Shown: positions 17,050 to 26,787 of the stretch, piece by piece
Numbering within the stretch: position 1 is the first letter of the stretch
Layout of the letters: each line of letters opens with the position of its first letter
Assembly (NCBI GenBank): GCA_965216735.1
Contig: OZ244198.1
Span: forward strand, 4,927,478 to 4,991,477
Direction of reading: 5' to 3'
DNA: 64,000 nt
Origin: Arenicellales bacterium
GTDB lineage: Bacteria; Pseudomonadota; Gammaproteobacteria; Arenicellales; CBDCFT01
Notes under the pieces: generated by a model
What the model was told of the DNA's origin: nothing
Seen by the model: only the letters and a program-made list of their open reading frames with translations
Database searches by the model: none
Position numbers and translations under genes: made by a program

Positions 17050-17823
17050 ATGGTAATGAAAATCAGTAACAAAATTGTCGGCTATTCAGTTGTAAAGCAG
17101 ACAGATGTCACGGCAAAGGAAGAAGTGGTTGACACCAAACCATTAGAGAATGTTGTGCAGCAACAAGAAAAGCCACCGCAACTCGCGCCGGCCGCGCCAA
17201 GTGTTATTGCAGACGATCAAGATCTGCCGGCCAATGTTGTGCAAATGCACGAAAAGGTCGAACGACCCGAATCGTTGTTGGGCAGCACCTACAAGATTAA
17301 AACGCCTCTTTCTGATCACGCATTGTATGTAACGATTAACGACATCGTGCTAAATCCGGATACACCTTACGAGAAGCGCCGGCCATTTGAAATTTTTATT
17401 AACTCAAAAAATATGGACCACTTTCAATGGATAGTGGCCCTAACACGTATTATTTCTGCGGTGTTCCGCAAAGGTGGCGATGCAACGTTTTTGGTAGAAG
17501 AACTACGCAGTGTATTCGATCCACAAGGTGGTTATTTCAAGCGTGGTGGTAAATATATGCCTTCATTAGTTGCCGAAATAGGTGATGCGATTGAAACACA
17601 CATGCGTATGATTGGCATGATTAAAGATCCCGGACTCGATGAACATCAACAAAAATTAATTGAGGAAAAACGTAAAGAATACGAATCACGTCGATCAAAT
17701 ACCAACGTTGAACAAGATTTCCCTACGGAAGCGCAATTGTGTAAAAAATGTCATACCAAAGCGGTCATGATGATGGATGGTTGCATGACATGTTTGAATT
17801 GCGGTGATTCAAAATGTGGGTAA
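17050..17823 (+). CDS. nrdJb: NrdJb, C-terminal polypeptide of a split class II RNR (TSCPD domain + Cys-rich tail)
   Basis: 'GSTYKIKTPL..LYVTINDI...PFEIFINSKNMDHFQWIVALTRIISAVFRKGG' is TSCPD-like. The C-terminal tail is 'CKKCHTKAVMMMDGCMTCLNCGDSKCG'. It lies 33 nt downstream of nrdJa, the same split known in Pseudomonas aeruginosa. Confidence 0.8.
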   Translation: MVMKISNKIVGYSVVKQTDVTAKEEVVDTKPLENVVQQQEKPPQLAPAAPSVIADDQDLPANVVQMHEKVERPESLLGSTYKIKTPLSDHALYVTINDIVLNPDTPYEKRRPFEIFINSKNMDHFQWIVALTRIISAVFRKGGDATFLVEELRSVFDPQGGYFKRGGKYMPSLVAEIGDAIETHMRMIGMIKDPGLDEHQQKLIEEKRKEYESRRSNTNVEQDFPTEAQLCKKCHTKAVMMMDGCMTCLNCGDSKCG

Positions 17824-17881
17824 TGAACTAAAAATCGATCTTTAAACGGGATTGTTGTTAAAAGTTTTTTGCATTGTTTTC

Positions 17882-17909
17882 TTGACATTTATATTTTGAT
17901 CGATATAGT
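17882..17909 (+). promoter_or_regulatory. Strong sigma70-like promoter (TTGACA-16-TATAGT) in the nrdJb / histone-like gene intergenic region
   Basis: TTGACA at 17882-17887, a 16-nt spacer, TATAGT at 17904-17909. It sits about 350 nt upstream of the next start codon. Confidence 0.45.
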
Positions 17910-18102
17910 TCGCAATAACTCATACTAGAGGGGATTGCTTTTCTCTCTGATGACGCGAAAGTTAAGCAAGTAACAGAAGACTGAGTACTGATTAACGGGC
18001 TAAAGTTTTCGACCGACAACGGTATAGCTGATACGCGTATAGAAGGAAAAGAAATATTTTGTTCAAGTTAGAAAAGACGAATCAATTTGGTTCGCCTCAC
18101 TT

Positions 18103-18140
18103 CCTCGCACGTGTTATGCGAGGCACTTCGTTTTATTTTT
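18103..18140 (+). terminator. Terminator-like hairpin with a displaced T-run
   Basis: CCTCGCA-cgtgtta-TGCGAGG (18103-18123), a 7-nt gap, then TTTTATTTTT (18131-18140). Confidence 0.35.
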
Positions 18141-18260
18141 CCAAGCGAACGGTTTTTTATCGAACACTGGGAAACTTGTGTGCGGCAAGGGTCCTGCGTG
18201 TGTTGTTCAAACCCTTAACTTAAACCCTGGCTCTCAATCGAAAAGAGGAGGAGCAATATT

Positions 18261-18578
18261 ATGGCAGCAAAGAAGAAGCGTACTAAGAAGAAGGCGGGTA
18301 AGAAGACCGCAAAGAAACGAGTCGCCAAACGGAAGGCGACAAAGAAAAAGGCTAAAAAGAAGGTAGCTAAACGTAGACCGGCTAAGAAGAAGGCCACAAG
18401 AAAAAAAGCTACTAAGAAAAAAGCGACAAAGAAAAAAGCCAAGAAAAAGGCTAAAAAGAAGGTAGCTAAACGTAGACCGGCTAAGAAAAAAGCCAAGAAA
18501 AAGGCTACTAAGAAAAAAGCGACAAAGAAAAAGGCTACGCGGAAAAAGGTTGCAAGGAGAACAACAAAAAAAAAATAA
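18261..18578 (+). CDS. Histone H1-like / AlgP-like Lys-Ala-rich basic nucleoid protein
   Basis: 105 aa, almost entirely K/A/R/T ('KKKATKKKA' repeats). Strong RBS AAGAGGAGGA, and a canonical terminator follows. Confidence 0.8.
   Translation: MAAKKKRTKKKAGKKTAKKRVAKRKATKKKAKKKVAKRRPAKKKATRKKATKKKATKKKAKKKAKKKVAKRRPAKKKAKKKATKKKATKKKATRKKVARRTTKKK
18341..18532 (+). repeat. In-frame 96-99 bp tandem duplication inside the histone-like gene
   Basis: 'GGCTAAAAAGAAGGTAGCTAAACGTAGACCGGCTAAGAA' occurs at 18350 and 18449 (offset 99). 'GCTACTAAGAAAAAAGCGACAAAGAAAAA' occurs at 18408 and 18504 (offset 96). Confidence 0.8.
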
Positions 18579-18618
18579 GAAGGCGGGGTTAAAAATACCT
18601 CTGCCGTTCTGATCTAAC

Positions 18619-18657
18619 GGGCAACCGGTTAGCGCCGGTTGCCCGGCCCCTTTTGAT
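18619..18657 (+). terminator. Rho-independent terminator of the histone-like gene
   Basis: GGGCAACCGG-ttagcg-CCGGTTGCCC followed by GGCCCCTTTTGATTT. Confidence 0.75.
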
Positions 18658-18796
18658 TTATTGTTCGCCTCACATTCGTAGGATTTTTCTTTTTATATCA
18701 GTGTGTTATCCAGTGGTATATTGCGTCCCAGACGTTGTCGATTGGTGGCCTGGGGGACAAAACGTTAACATACGGAGTCGTTTTGACAGGCCGGTC

Positions 18797-19267
18797 TTAA
18801 CGAATTTGCGCATCGACTATTAAAAACTGCCAACGCGCATGTCGTTTTGGTTTGCTTGATCCGAGATAAACATTATCCGAAAAATCCCGTGCTTGACCGG
18901 GGGGGATAGTCACTGTAACGCGCGCAAGCTCTTCACCGATAATGCTACAACTAGCGTCTTCCGCACTTGCGTCGTCACAGTCTTTGAGCGTCACTTGTAT
19001 GGTTACTTGTCTGATTGTTGTTTCCGATTGATTGCTGATACGCCCGGTAAACTGGTAACTGTCGGCATACCCGGGTGTCATTTGTGTGTTAATTAATTTT
19101 AGTTGGGCAGCCCTCGACGATGCATCTTGTTCATTGTCCTTACCCAACATCAATAAGATACCAATCAAGAGTACTAATGCACCTAAGATCCCGAAGGCTA
19201 TTTTGGGGTACCGAGTTGCCATCAACAATAAGCCAACAACAATCAGCACTAATACTATCCATTGCAT
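18797..19267 (-). CDS. Hypothetical membrane protein (two N-terminal TM helices)
   Basis: 156-aa ORF with a GGAGG RBS 5 nt upstream of the ATG. The N-terminus 'WIVLVLIVVGLLLM...IAFGILGALVLLIGILLM' is hydrophobic. No family recognised. Confidence 0.55.
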   Translation of the reverse strand: MQWIVLVLIVVGLLLMATRYPKIAFGILGALVLLIGILLMLGKDNEQDASSRAAQLKLINTQMTPGYADSYQFTGRISNQSETTIRQVTIQVTLKDCDDASAEDASCSIIGEELARVTVTIPPGQARDFSDNVYLGSSKPKRHARWQFLIVDAQIR

Positions 19268-19562
19268 AGCGAACCTCCGGTTAGCAACTCAGTGACGATC
19301 AAACGGGAACACATGATTGTTTACCCAACAGTTCTCGGCGGTAAACTTTAATCAAGGGATTTGCAAAAAGGAAATGTACAATTGTTCTATTTTGTCGCCT
19401 ATGTGGGCTCCTATCAATTCGGCAAAATAACATTGAATCTCGATCCCGGGTACGTAGACCCGGGACATTACTATACGGCGACACGGTGTATTATTATCCC
19501 AACATATAGCTGAACGGCAGTAATATTTTAATTCAAGATTATCCACGATACAGACGGATACC

Positions 19563-20657
19563 ATGACCTACTATACGGGGAAATCGGACTATCGTCATGG
19601 CAACGTTGGCACTACGGGGATTTTAATCGTTAACCTCGGTTCTCCTAATGCTCCTACTTCCGGCGCCGTGCGGCGGTATTTGGCGCAATTTCTTTGGGAT
19701 AGACGTGTGGTCGAATTTCCCCGTTGGCTGTGGTGGTTGATATTGCATAGCATTATTTTGCGTATTCGCCCGGCACGCAGTGCGCGCGCCTATGCCAAGA
19801 TTTGGACCGATGAAGGTTCACCACTGATGGTCTACAGTCGAGCGCTATGCACAAAACTTCAAGAACGGGTACAAACTGAAAATTTGGATGTAACGGTACG
19901 TTTGGCCATGTGTTATGGTGAGCCGAGTATATCGAATGCCATTGCAGAACTTAACGCTGCGGGTATGCGGCGTCTATTGGTATTGCCCTTGTATCCGCAG
20001 TATTCTGGGACGACCACCGGTGCGGTATTTGATGCAGTAGCTGGGGAGCTGCAACGCATGCGTTGGGTGCCGGAGGTACGATTTATCAACGATTATCATG
20101 CCCAAACCAGATATATTCAGGCCATAGCGGCCAGTATTCGGCAATATTGGCATGAAAATGGTCAAAGTAAGTTATTGTTGTTCTCGTTCCACGGAATCCC
20201 ACAACGTTATTTCAAGACGGGAGACCCTTATCATTGTTGTTGCCACGCTAGCGCACGTTTGATAGCGCAAACGTTAGCGTTGCCGGAAAATAAATGGCGT
20301 GTGACCTTTCAGTCACGATTCGGCCGTGAACCGTGGCTGGCACCATACACCGATGAAACTCTGAAACGACTACCCTCCGAGGGAACCACCAGCGTGGATG
20401 TGGTATGTCCGGGATTTGCAGTGGATTGCCTGGAGACATTGGAAGAGATTGACATACAAAATCGCGATTTTTTTCTACAGGCCGGTGGTCAGCAATTTCA
20501 ATACATCCCTTGTTTGAATGACGATGACATTCACGCTGCAGCCTTAGCGGATTTAATCACGTCCCACTTGCATGCTTGGCCAGTCAACATGGATGTGGAT
20601 GCGGAAGATCGCAGACAAAGCCGGGAGCGCGCTTTGGCGCTGGGTGCGGCACAGTGA
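19563..20657 (+). CDS. hemH: Ferrochelatase
   Basis: 'GILIVNLGSPNAPT...VRRYLAQFLWDRRVVE', 'LVLPLYPQYSGTTTG', 'LLFSFHGIP' and 'VVCPGFAVDCLETLEEI' are typical HemH motifs. Confidence 0.93.
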   Translation: MTYYTGKSDYRHGNVGTTGILIVNLGSPNAPTSGAVRRYLAQFLWDRRVVEFPRWLWWLILHSIILRIRPARSARAYAKIWTDEGSPLMVYSRALCTKLQERVQTENLDVTVRLAMCYGEPSISNAIAELNAAGMRRLLVLPLYPQYSGTTTGAVFDAVAGELQRMRWVPEVRFINDYHAQTRYIQAIAASIRQYWHENGQSKLLLFSFHGIPQRYFKTGDPYHCCCHASARLIAQTLALPENKWRVTFQSRFGREPWLAPYTDETLKRLPSEGTTSVDVVCPGFAVDCLETLEEIDIQNRDFFLQAGGQQFQYIPCLNDDDIHAAALADLITSHLHAWPVNMDVDAEDRRQSRERALALGAAQ

Positions 20658-20728
20658 TTTATATATCCACACGGGTATTGAGTTAGCCTGAACAGTGGTT
20701 TGAGTAGCGACCGCAGCGTTAGCAAGTT

Positions 20729-23401
20729 ATGAGAGCGACCGAAACTTGGTTGCCGTTATACCGATCCGGTTGCACCGTTGTGACCGCAACACACCGGTTA
20801 GCGCGTTATTTATTTAACGCGCACGATCAAGCCCAAATCGCCGCCGACGCCGGCGCTTGGGAAACTCCCGATATCTTACCCTGGGATGCCTGGTTACAAC
20901 GCCAATGGTCACGTCTTACAGACGATGACAAACCTCTTCTGTTAAATGATTCCCAGGAACAATTTCTGTGGGAGCAAGCGATTAAAACGGAAATTACCAA
21001 AGCTGGGGATGAGCATGTATTGTGGCAGTTAGATAAGACCGCGAACACTGCGCGCGCAGCTTGGCGCTTACTACATGATTGGAACATGAAAACGGGTTCT
21101 TCAGTGATCAGCCAAGACCATCGGATGTTTCAAAATTGGTCGAAATGGTATAGGCGGATCTGCGCGAAATCAGGTTTTATCGATAGCGCTCAATTGGCCG
21201 GTGAAATAGGGGTCCGTCTTGATCGAAGTCCGCTACCGACATGTCTGGTGTTAGTGGGTTTTGATCAAATTCTGCCGGCACAACAACATCTGCTATCGAT
21301 GTTCGAACAACGAGGTTGCGTGGTTCGCTATCAACCGCCGCTTAGCAGTCAAGCTCAAAAAAGTGAGTGCCATGAATATGTCGATGTCGATAGCGAATTT
21401 CATGCGGCCGCGTTGTGGGCGCGAAAAATACTGGAAACTGATACCCGGGCTCATATCGGTGTGGTGATACCCGAGTTACAACGTCACCGCGCAAAGGTGG
21501 AGAGCCTATTCGAAAACGTGTTTTATCCTCAGGGCTCGTTGTTAGCGCGCCCTGTACAGGATAAATCATTTCATATATCGCTGGGTGTGCCGCTGTCGTC
21601 GCTGCCGTTGATTAAGGCCGCTGTGATGTTGTTGAAGTTGGTAAGCCAGGATCGAATGCTGTTGTGTGACTTTGGTTTCTTGCTACGTTCCCCATTTTTT
21701 GCTGGTGCCGAACAGGAACGCTTAGCAAGGGCCATGCTCGATCAATGGCTTCGTGCGCACAGTGACATCCGTTTATCGTGGAATGATGTACTTAAGGTTT
21801 TGCAAAAACCGGTTAAGCAAAACACTCATTGTCCAATACTGACCCGGCAAATAGCGCGGATCAGTGAGTTACGCGATGATGGAGTAAACTCAAAAACACC
21901 ACGGCAGTGGGCGAGGCAATTTACCGATTGGTTGGATTGTTTTTCCTGGCCTGGGGAGCGAACCTTGGATACCGTTGAGTATCAGGCCATGCAGGCATGG
22001 GATGGTTTGCTGGCGGATTTCACCGTCTTGGAAATGATTCAATCGGACATGACATTGGATACCGCGTTGACGCGTTTAAGCCAAATGACACAGCGGATAT
22101 TTCAACCGGAAGAAAACCCCGCACCGGTACAAATATTGGGTGTGTTCGAAGCCGGTGGTATGTCATTTACTCATTTATGGGTTACCGGTCTGCACGACGC
22201 TGCATGGCCGTCGCGAATTCAGCCTAATCCGTTTCTACCCATCGGTGCACAAAGAGTGGCCGGTGTACCACAAGCAGATATCGCGTTGGCCCACGAACAA
22301 TCGAAACGATTGTTTAAACGTTTGTATGCCTCGGCACCGATAACGGTGATGAGCTACCCGCGCATCGGCGACAATGCCAGTTACGGCCCCAATGCTTTGC
22401 TTGACTCATTCTCTGTCCAACCCGTCGATTTTCACAATCGATCGACTCTTACGGGTTATACCATCGAGTTCCAACACTCTGAATTGGAGTCGATTAGCGA
22501 TCCTGACGGTTTGCCGGTTAACAGCGGCGTTACTCGCGGGACTAGTTTGTTTACCGATCAATCCGCGTGTCCGTTTCGCTGCTACACCCGGCACAGGCTT
22601 GGCGCCAGCGCGTTGCATACGCCCGCGCAGGGCCTGGATGCGGCGCAGCGTGGTAACACGATGCATGATTTGTTGCGATTGCTGTGGTCAGAACTGGGCT
22701 CACAACATGCTCTATGTGAGCTGTCAACTGAAGCGTTACAGGATCTAACGAAGAAGAAAGCCTTTTCGGTGCTAAATAAACACGCTTCCATCCGTCAATC
22801 GAAAAGATTAATGCAGCTGGAAATAGAGCGGTTGGTGCGGAGAGTATCGGAATGGTTAGCGTTGGAACGAGAGCGTGAACCATTTGTGATTGAGTACCTG
22901 GAACAAGATAGTCAGGGCGTCATTGGAGACATCAAGGTAAAACTGCGTCCGGATCGGGTGGATCGCCTCGAAGACGACAGTCTACTCATTATTGACTATA
23001 AAACCGGAGCGGTTGATAGGAGAAATTGGCTAGGCCCACGACCACGGGAACCGCAACTACCTGTTTACCGCTTATTGTTAGGCGACGATGTGCAAGCCGT
23101 CGCCTACGGGTGTCTGAAGGCGGGCAAGGTCGAACTGACGGGGTTGGCGTCACGCGACAATATCGCACCTGATATCGATGATGTTACCACTGCAAAAAAG
23201 CCCGTGGAGTTAAAACAATATCGAGATTGGCAAACTTTGTCTGCTTCGTGGGAACGCGTATTGACTGAACTGTCTGCTCAGTTTTGTGCAGGTGATGCCA
23301 GAGTGAATCCGCGTGACGATGAGGCATGCCGTCTGTGTGATATACGCCCCGTGTGTCGCATCGACAAAATGTCACCGATGCAGAGCAACGAGTCAGAATG
23401 A
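20729..23401 (+). CDS. addB: PD-(D/E)XK nuclease-family protein, AddB-like subunit
   Basis: 890 aa. C-terminal nuclease motif 'LLIIDYKTG' plus a Cys cluster 'CRLCDIRPVCR'. It sits immediately upstream of, and overlaps, a UvrD-type helicase-nuclease gene. Confidence 0.75.
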   Translation: MRATETWLPLYRSGCTVVTATHRLARYLFNAHDQAQIAADAGAWETPDILPWDAWLQRQWSRLTDDDKPLLLNDSQEQFLWEQAIKTEITKAGDEHVLWQLDKTANTARAAWRLLHDWNMKTGSSVISQDHRMFQNWSKWYRRICAKSGFIDSAQLAGEIGVRLDRSPLPTCLVLVGFDQILPAQQHLLSMFEQRGCVVRYQPPLSSQAQKSECHEYVDVDSEFHAAALWARKILETDTRAHIGVVIPELQRHRAKVESLFENVFYPQGSLLARPVQDKSFHISLGVPLSSLPLIKAAVMLLKLVSQDRMLLCDFGFLLRSPFFAGAEQERLARAMLDQWLRAHSDIRLSWNDVLKVLQKPVKQNTHCPILTRQIARISELRDDGVNSKTPRQWARQFTDWLDCFSWPGERTLDTVEYQAMQAWDGLLADFTVLEMIQSDMTLDTALTRLSQMTQRIFQPEENPAPVQILGVFEAGGMSFTHLWVTGLHDAAWPSRIQPNPFLPIGAQRVAGVPQADIALAHEQSKRLFKRLYASAPITVMSYPRIGDNASYGPNALLDSFSVQPVDFHNRSTLTGYTIEFQHSELESISDPDGLPVNSGVTRGTSLFTDQSACPFRCYTRHRLGASALHTPAQGLDAAQRGNTMHDLLRLLWSELGSQHALCELSTEALQDLTKKKAFSVLNKHASIRQSKRLMQLEIERLVRRVSEWLALEREREPFVIEYLEQDSQGVIGDIKVKLRPDRVDRLEDDSLLIIDYKTGAVDRRNWLGPRPREPQLPVYRLLLGDDVQAVAYGCLKAGKVELTGLASRDNIAPDIDDVTTAKKPVELKQYRDWQTLSASWERVLTELSAQFCAGDARVNPRDDEACRLCDIRPVCRIDKMSPMQSNESE

Positions 23402-26400
23402 ATCTACCTGCTGACTTCGCACAACGACAACAGGCGCTGGATATCACGCGTTCATTTGTAGTGCAGGCGCCCGCTGGTTCGGGCAAGACCGGGTTATTGA
23501 TTCGTCGTTATTTGCGATTGTTAGCCTACGTTAACAAACCGGAAGAAATTCTGGCAATCACTTTTACTATCAAGGCTGCGGATGAAATGCGCCACCGCAT
23601 TTTGCAGGCGTTGCGCGTCGGTAACGACGCCGAACCCGCTGACCCCGGCGAAAAAGAGGTATTGATACTGGCACAGGCGGCTAGGGAACAGGATAAACGC
23701 ATGCAATGGGGGATACTCGAGCGGCCTACACGTTTGCGTGTTCAAACCATCGACTCATTTTGCAACGCATTAGTGGCGCAAATGCCCTGGTCAGCGCGTC
23801 TCGGTGCATCACCTGAACTCACCGACAACGCCCGCGAATTGTACCAGCAAGCGGCGTCCGACATGTTGAATGAAATAGACAATGAAGGAACACCATGGCC
23901 TGACGCCATTTCACGTGTATTGCAACATTTTGATGGTGACGTGTCCGGTTTGCGCGCGAATTTGGCTGCAATGTTGCCGCAGCGCGAGCAGTGGTTGCGT
24001 TTTGCCGGCGATACCGGGTGCCAGCCGGCGTTGCAACGTGACACGCTGGAAAAAACATGGCGTAAAGTCATTCATCGGGAATTGGAAGATATTCATGAAC
24101 TATTCCCGCCACAGTTGCGAGACGAGGTCGTGACCTGTTCCTGCTTTGCCGCAGCGAATCTAGTCGACGAAGGACGCGACTCGCCGATAGTTCATTGTGA
24201 GGGACTCGATCACTTTCCATTGCCGGACACGGACGAACTAGCACTCTGGCGCGGTGTTGCCGACTTATTATTGTTGAAAGATAAGGACGTTTTTCGTGAG
24301 AAAGTGGACAAACGACATGGTTTTCCAGCGGATAAGCTGGAACACGCGACCGCTATAAAGCGACGCATGCGAAAGTTGTTACGCGATGTGCAAGCGATAC
24401 CTGAGTTAGCGAAGAAATTGGGTAGGGTGCGGCGTTTACCGGGTGCGTTGTTTACCGATGAGCAGTGGCAGGTGTTACAGGCCGGCTTGCACGTGCTGCG
24501 GTTGTCGGCCGCAAAATTAAGGTTGGTATTCCAAGACGCAGGCTGTATAGATTTTGCTGAACTCACTCACTGCGCGCGCTTGGCGCTGGGCAGTGCTGAT
24601 GCGCCGACGGATCTGGCTTTGGCAATGGATTACCGTATCCAGCATTTATTAGTCGATGAGTTTCAGGATACCTCGCTGACTCAGATGCAATTAGTCGAAA
24701 GTCTTACCGCCGGATGGCAAGATGACGACGGTCGCACGTTGTTCTTGGTAGGGGACCCAATGCAATCGATTTACCGCTTTCGCGAATCCGAGGTCGGATT
24801 ATTTCTAAACGCAGCCAAATACGGTGTGGGATCGGTCAGTACAGGTAGTGTCGCGTTACATACCAATTTTCGCTCACAAGCGAGTATTGTCAATTGGGTC
24901 AATACTGTGTTCGCTGAAATTTTCCCCACCGCGATGGACGCAACCGCCGGTAGCGTGCCTTTCCTAAGTTCAAATCCATTTATACAGGGTGGGGAACAAG
25001 GGGTAGTGCAGTTACACTCGCTGGTGAATGATAACGACTACGCCGCAGAGGCCGCCTGTGTGGTCGATATTGTACGCAATGCGCTGGATCGGGATGCGCA
25101 CGCTAAAGTCGCCGTTTTGGTACGTAACCGGCTGCACCTGCAAAAAATCATCCCGGCATTACAACAAACCCGTATTCCACTTCAAGGAGTTGAGATCGAA
25201 CCGCTGCAACATCGATTGGTGGTACAAGATTTGTTGTCGTTGACAAAAGCATTATTGCATCCTGCAGATCGTATCGCCTGGTTAGCACTGCTACGTGCGC
25301 CGTGGTGTGGCTTGTCATTGGACGATCTAACGCGATTGTGTGCTGATCACCACGACTTGTCGGTATGGGATCGAATCTGCGACAACACTACAGTAGCGGG
25401 ATTAAGTGACGCGGGACAAATTCGTTTGCTGCGACTAAAAGAAACGCTGCAACAAGCATTTGAACATCGTCAGCGCCGCAATTTGCGCCGTTATGTGGAG
25501 TCCGTCTGGCTAAGTTTAGGTGCCCCATTGTGTATCGACGAACGTGATATGACTAACGCGCAGGTCTATTTCGATATTTTGGAATCACACGAAACCGGCG
25601 CCGATATTATTGACTTTGAGCAGCTCCACCGCGCCGTGGCAGGGTTATGGGCGTTGCCCGATGCACAAGAACATGCGCTGCAGATCATGACTATTCACAA
25701 AGCCAAGGGTCTGGAGTTCGACACTGTCATACTTCCCGGTTTGGCACGGCATCCAGGTAATACAGGCCCTACATCCGGCCGGTTGTTAGAGTGGCTCGAA
25801 CTCGATCCGGGTCATGGCGGTGAAATATTGTTGGCACCCGTAGCACCTGTGGGCAACGAAAAAGATCCCATGCACAGTTACATCGGCGAAGTGAAAGCGG
25901 ACAAGGAACGCCATGAACAACTTCGTTTGTTATATGTAGCGTGTACACGCGCCAAGACCCACTTGCATTTGATAGCAAACTTGAAAGCGAAGTCGACGGG
26001 TGAACTCAGTCCGCCGGGAAAAGACACCGCTTTATCTTTTTTGTGGCCGGTTATCGGAGAGGAATTTCTGCGCAAGGTAACGCCATTTAAAGATGCGTCA
26101 ATAAAAAAGGAGTTGCCGGCGCGTGACATTGCTTTGCATCGTTTACCCGAATCTTGGCGATTACCAAACTCGCCCGAAGATGTGCAGGGTTTATCTTCAC
26201 CCTCGGTGCCTTTTAAAACTGTTTCACCCATCGAGTTCGACTGGGCGGGACATTTGGCCCGACGGGTGGGAACAGTAGTACACACGCTGTTCAATGAAAT
26301 GCACAGCACAGGATTGCAAGCGCCCATCCGGACCCGTTGTTACACATTATTACGGGAGGCGGGGATCAACCAGCAAGAAATGGAATGGGCGTTGGAGCGG

Positions 26401-26766
26401 GTGGAGATGGCCATGGAAAATACGCACAACGATGCACGTGCTCAATGGATTTTCGACCAGAACCATCGAGACCGGAAAAGCGAGTGGCCATTAAGTGGCG
26501 TGATCGACGGCCGGGTGGTGAGGGCTGTCATCGACCGGTCGTTTATCGATGATCGGGGTAATCGTTGGATTGTCGATTTCAAGACCAGTTCGCATGAGGG
26601 AGGCGGGGTGGAACGTTTCCTGGACGATGAGGTGACGCGTTACCGGGATCAGATAAGGCAATATGGATATTTGGTATCGGCGCTGGAATCAAGACCCATT
26701 AAACTAGGACTATACTTTCCGTTGTTAAAAGCGTGGCGGGAAATACCGTTTGCCCAAGGCAATTAA
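23398..26766 (+). CDS. addA: UvrD/Rep-family helicase with C-terminal PD-(D/E)XK nuclease, AddA-like
   Basis: Walker A 'APAGSGKTG', 'LLVDEFQDTS', 'TIHKAKGLEFD', 'LLYVACTRAK', and C-terminal 'WIVDFKTS'. ATG at 23398 overlaps the addB stop (ATGA) and is preferred over the track start at 23353. Confidence 0.85.
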   Translation: MNLPADFAQRQQALDITRSFVVQAPAGSGKTGLLIRRYLRLLAYVNKPEEILAITFTIKAADEMRHRILQALRVGNDAEPADPGEKEVLILAQAAREQDKRMQWGILERPTRLRVQTIDSFCNALVAQMPWSARLGASPELTDNARELYQQAASDMLNEIDNEGTPWPDAISRVLQHFDGDVSGLRANLAAMLPQREQWLRFAGDTGCQPALQRDTLEKTWRKVIHRELEDIHELFPPQLRDEVVTCSCFAAANLVDEGRDSPIVHCEGLDHFPLPDTDELALWRGVADLLLLKDKDVFREKVDKRHGFPADKLEHATAIKRRMRKLLRDVQAIPELAKKLGRVRRLPGALFTDEQWQVLQAGLHVLRLSAAKLRLVFQDAGCIDFAELTHCARLALGSADAPTDLALAMDYRIQHLLVDEFQDTSLTQMQLVESLTAGWQDDDGRTLFLVGDPMQSIYRFRESEVGLFLNAAKYGVGSVSTGSVALHTNFRSQASIVNWVNTVFAEIFPTAMDATAGSVPFLSSNPFIQGGEQGVVQLHSLVNDNDYAAEAACVVDIVRNALDRDAHAKVAVLVRNRLHLQKIIPALQQTRIPLQGVEIEPLQHRLVVQDLLSLTKALLHPADRIAWLALLRAPWCGLSLDDLTRLCADHHDLSVWDRICDNTTVAGLSDAGQIRLLRLKETLQQAFEHRQRRNLRRYVESVWLSLGAPLCIDERDMTNAQVYFDILESHETGADIIDFEQLHRAVAGLWALPDAQEHALQIMTIHKAKGLEFDTVILPGLARHPGNTGPTSGRLLEWLELDPGHGGEILLAPVAPVGNEKDPMHSYIGEVKADKERHEQLRLLYVACTRAKTHLHLIANLKAKSTGELSPPGKDTALSFLWPVIGEEFLRKVTPFKDASIKKELPARDIALHRLPESWRLPNSPEDVQGLSSPSVPFKTVSPIEFDWAGHLARRVGTVVHTLFNEMHSTGLQAPIRTRCYTLLREAGINQQEMEWALERVEMAMENTHNDARAQWIFDQNHRDRKSEWPLSGVIDGRVVRAVIDRSFIDDRGNRWIVDFKTSSHEGGGVERFLDDEVTRYRDQIRQYGYLVSALESRPIKLGLYFPLLKAWREIPFAQGN

Positions 26767-26787
26767 ATCGAGACCATCATAACTGAC

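Noticed and set aside
18215-18496. Repetitive DNA and a 93-aa antisense ORF (F/L/A-rich) that at first looked like a short tandem-repeat or CRISPR-like array.
   Set aside because: It is the mirror image of the Lys/Ala-rich histone-like coding sequence. The repeats are an in-frame 96-99 bp duplication plus AAG/AAA codon monotony, with no repeat-spacer architecture. ORF 18178-18366 is likewise a frame artefact.
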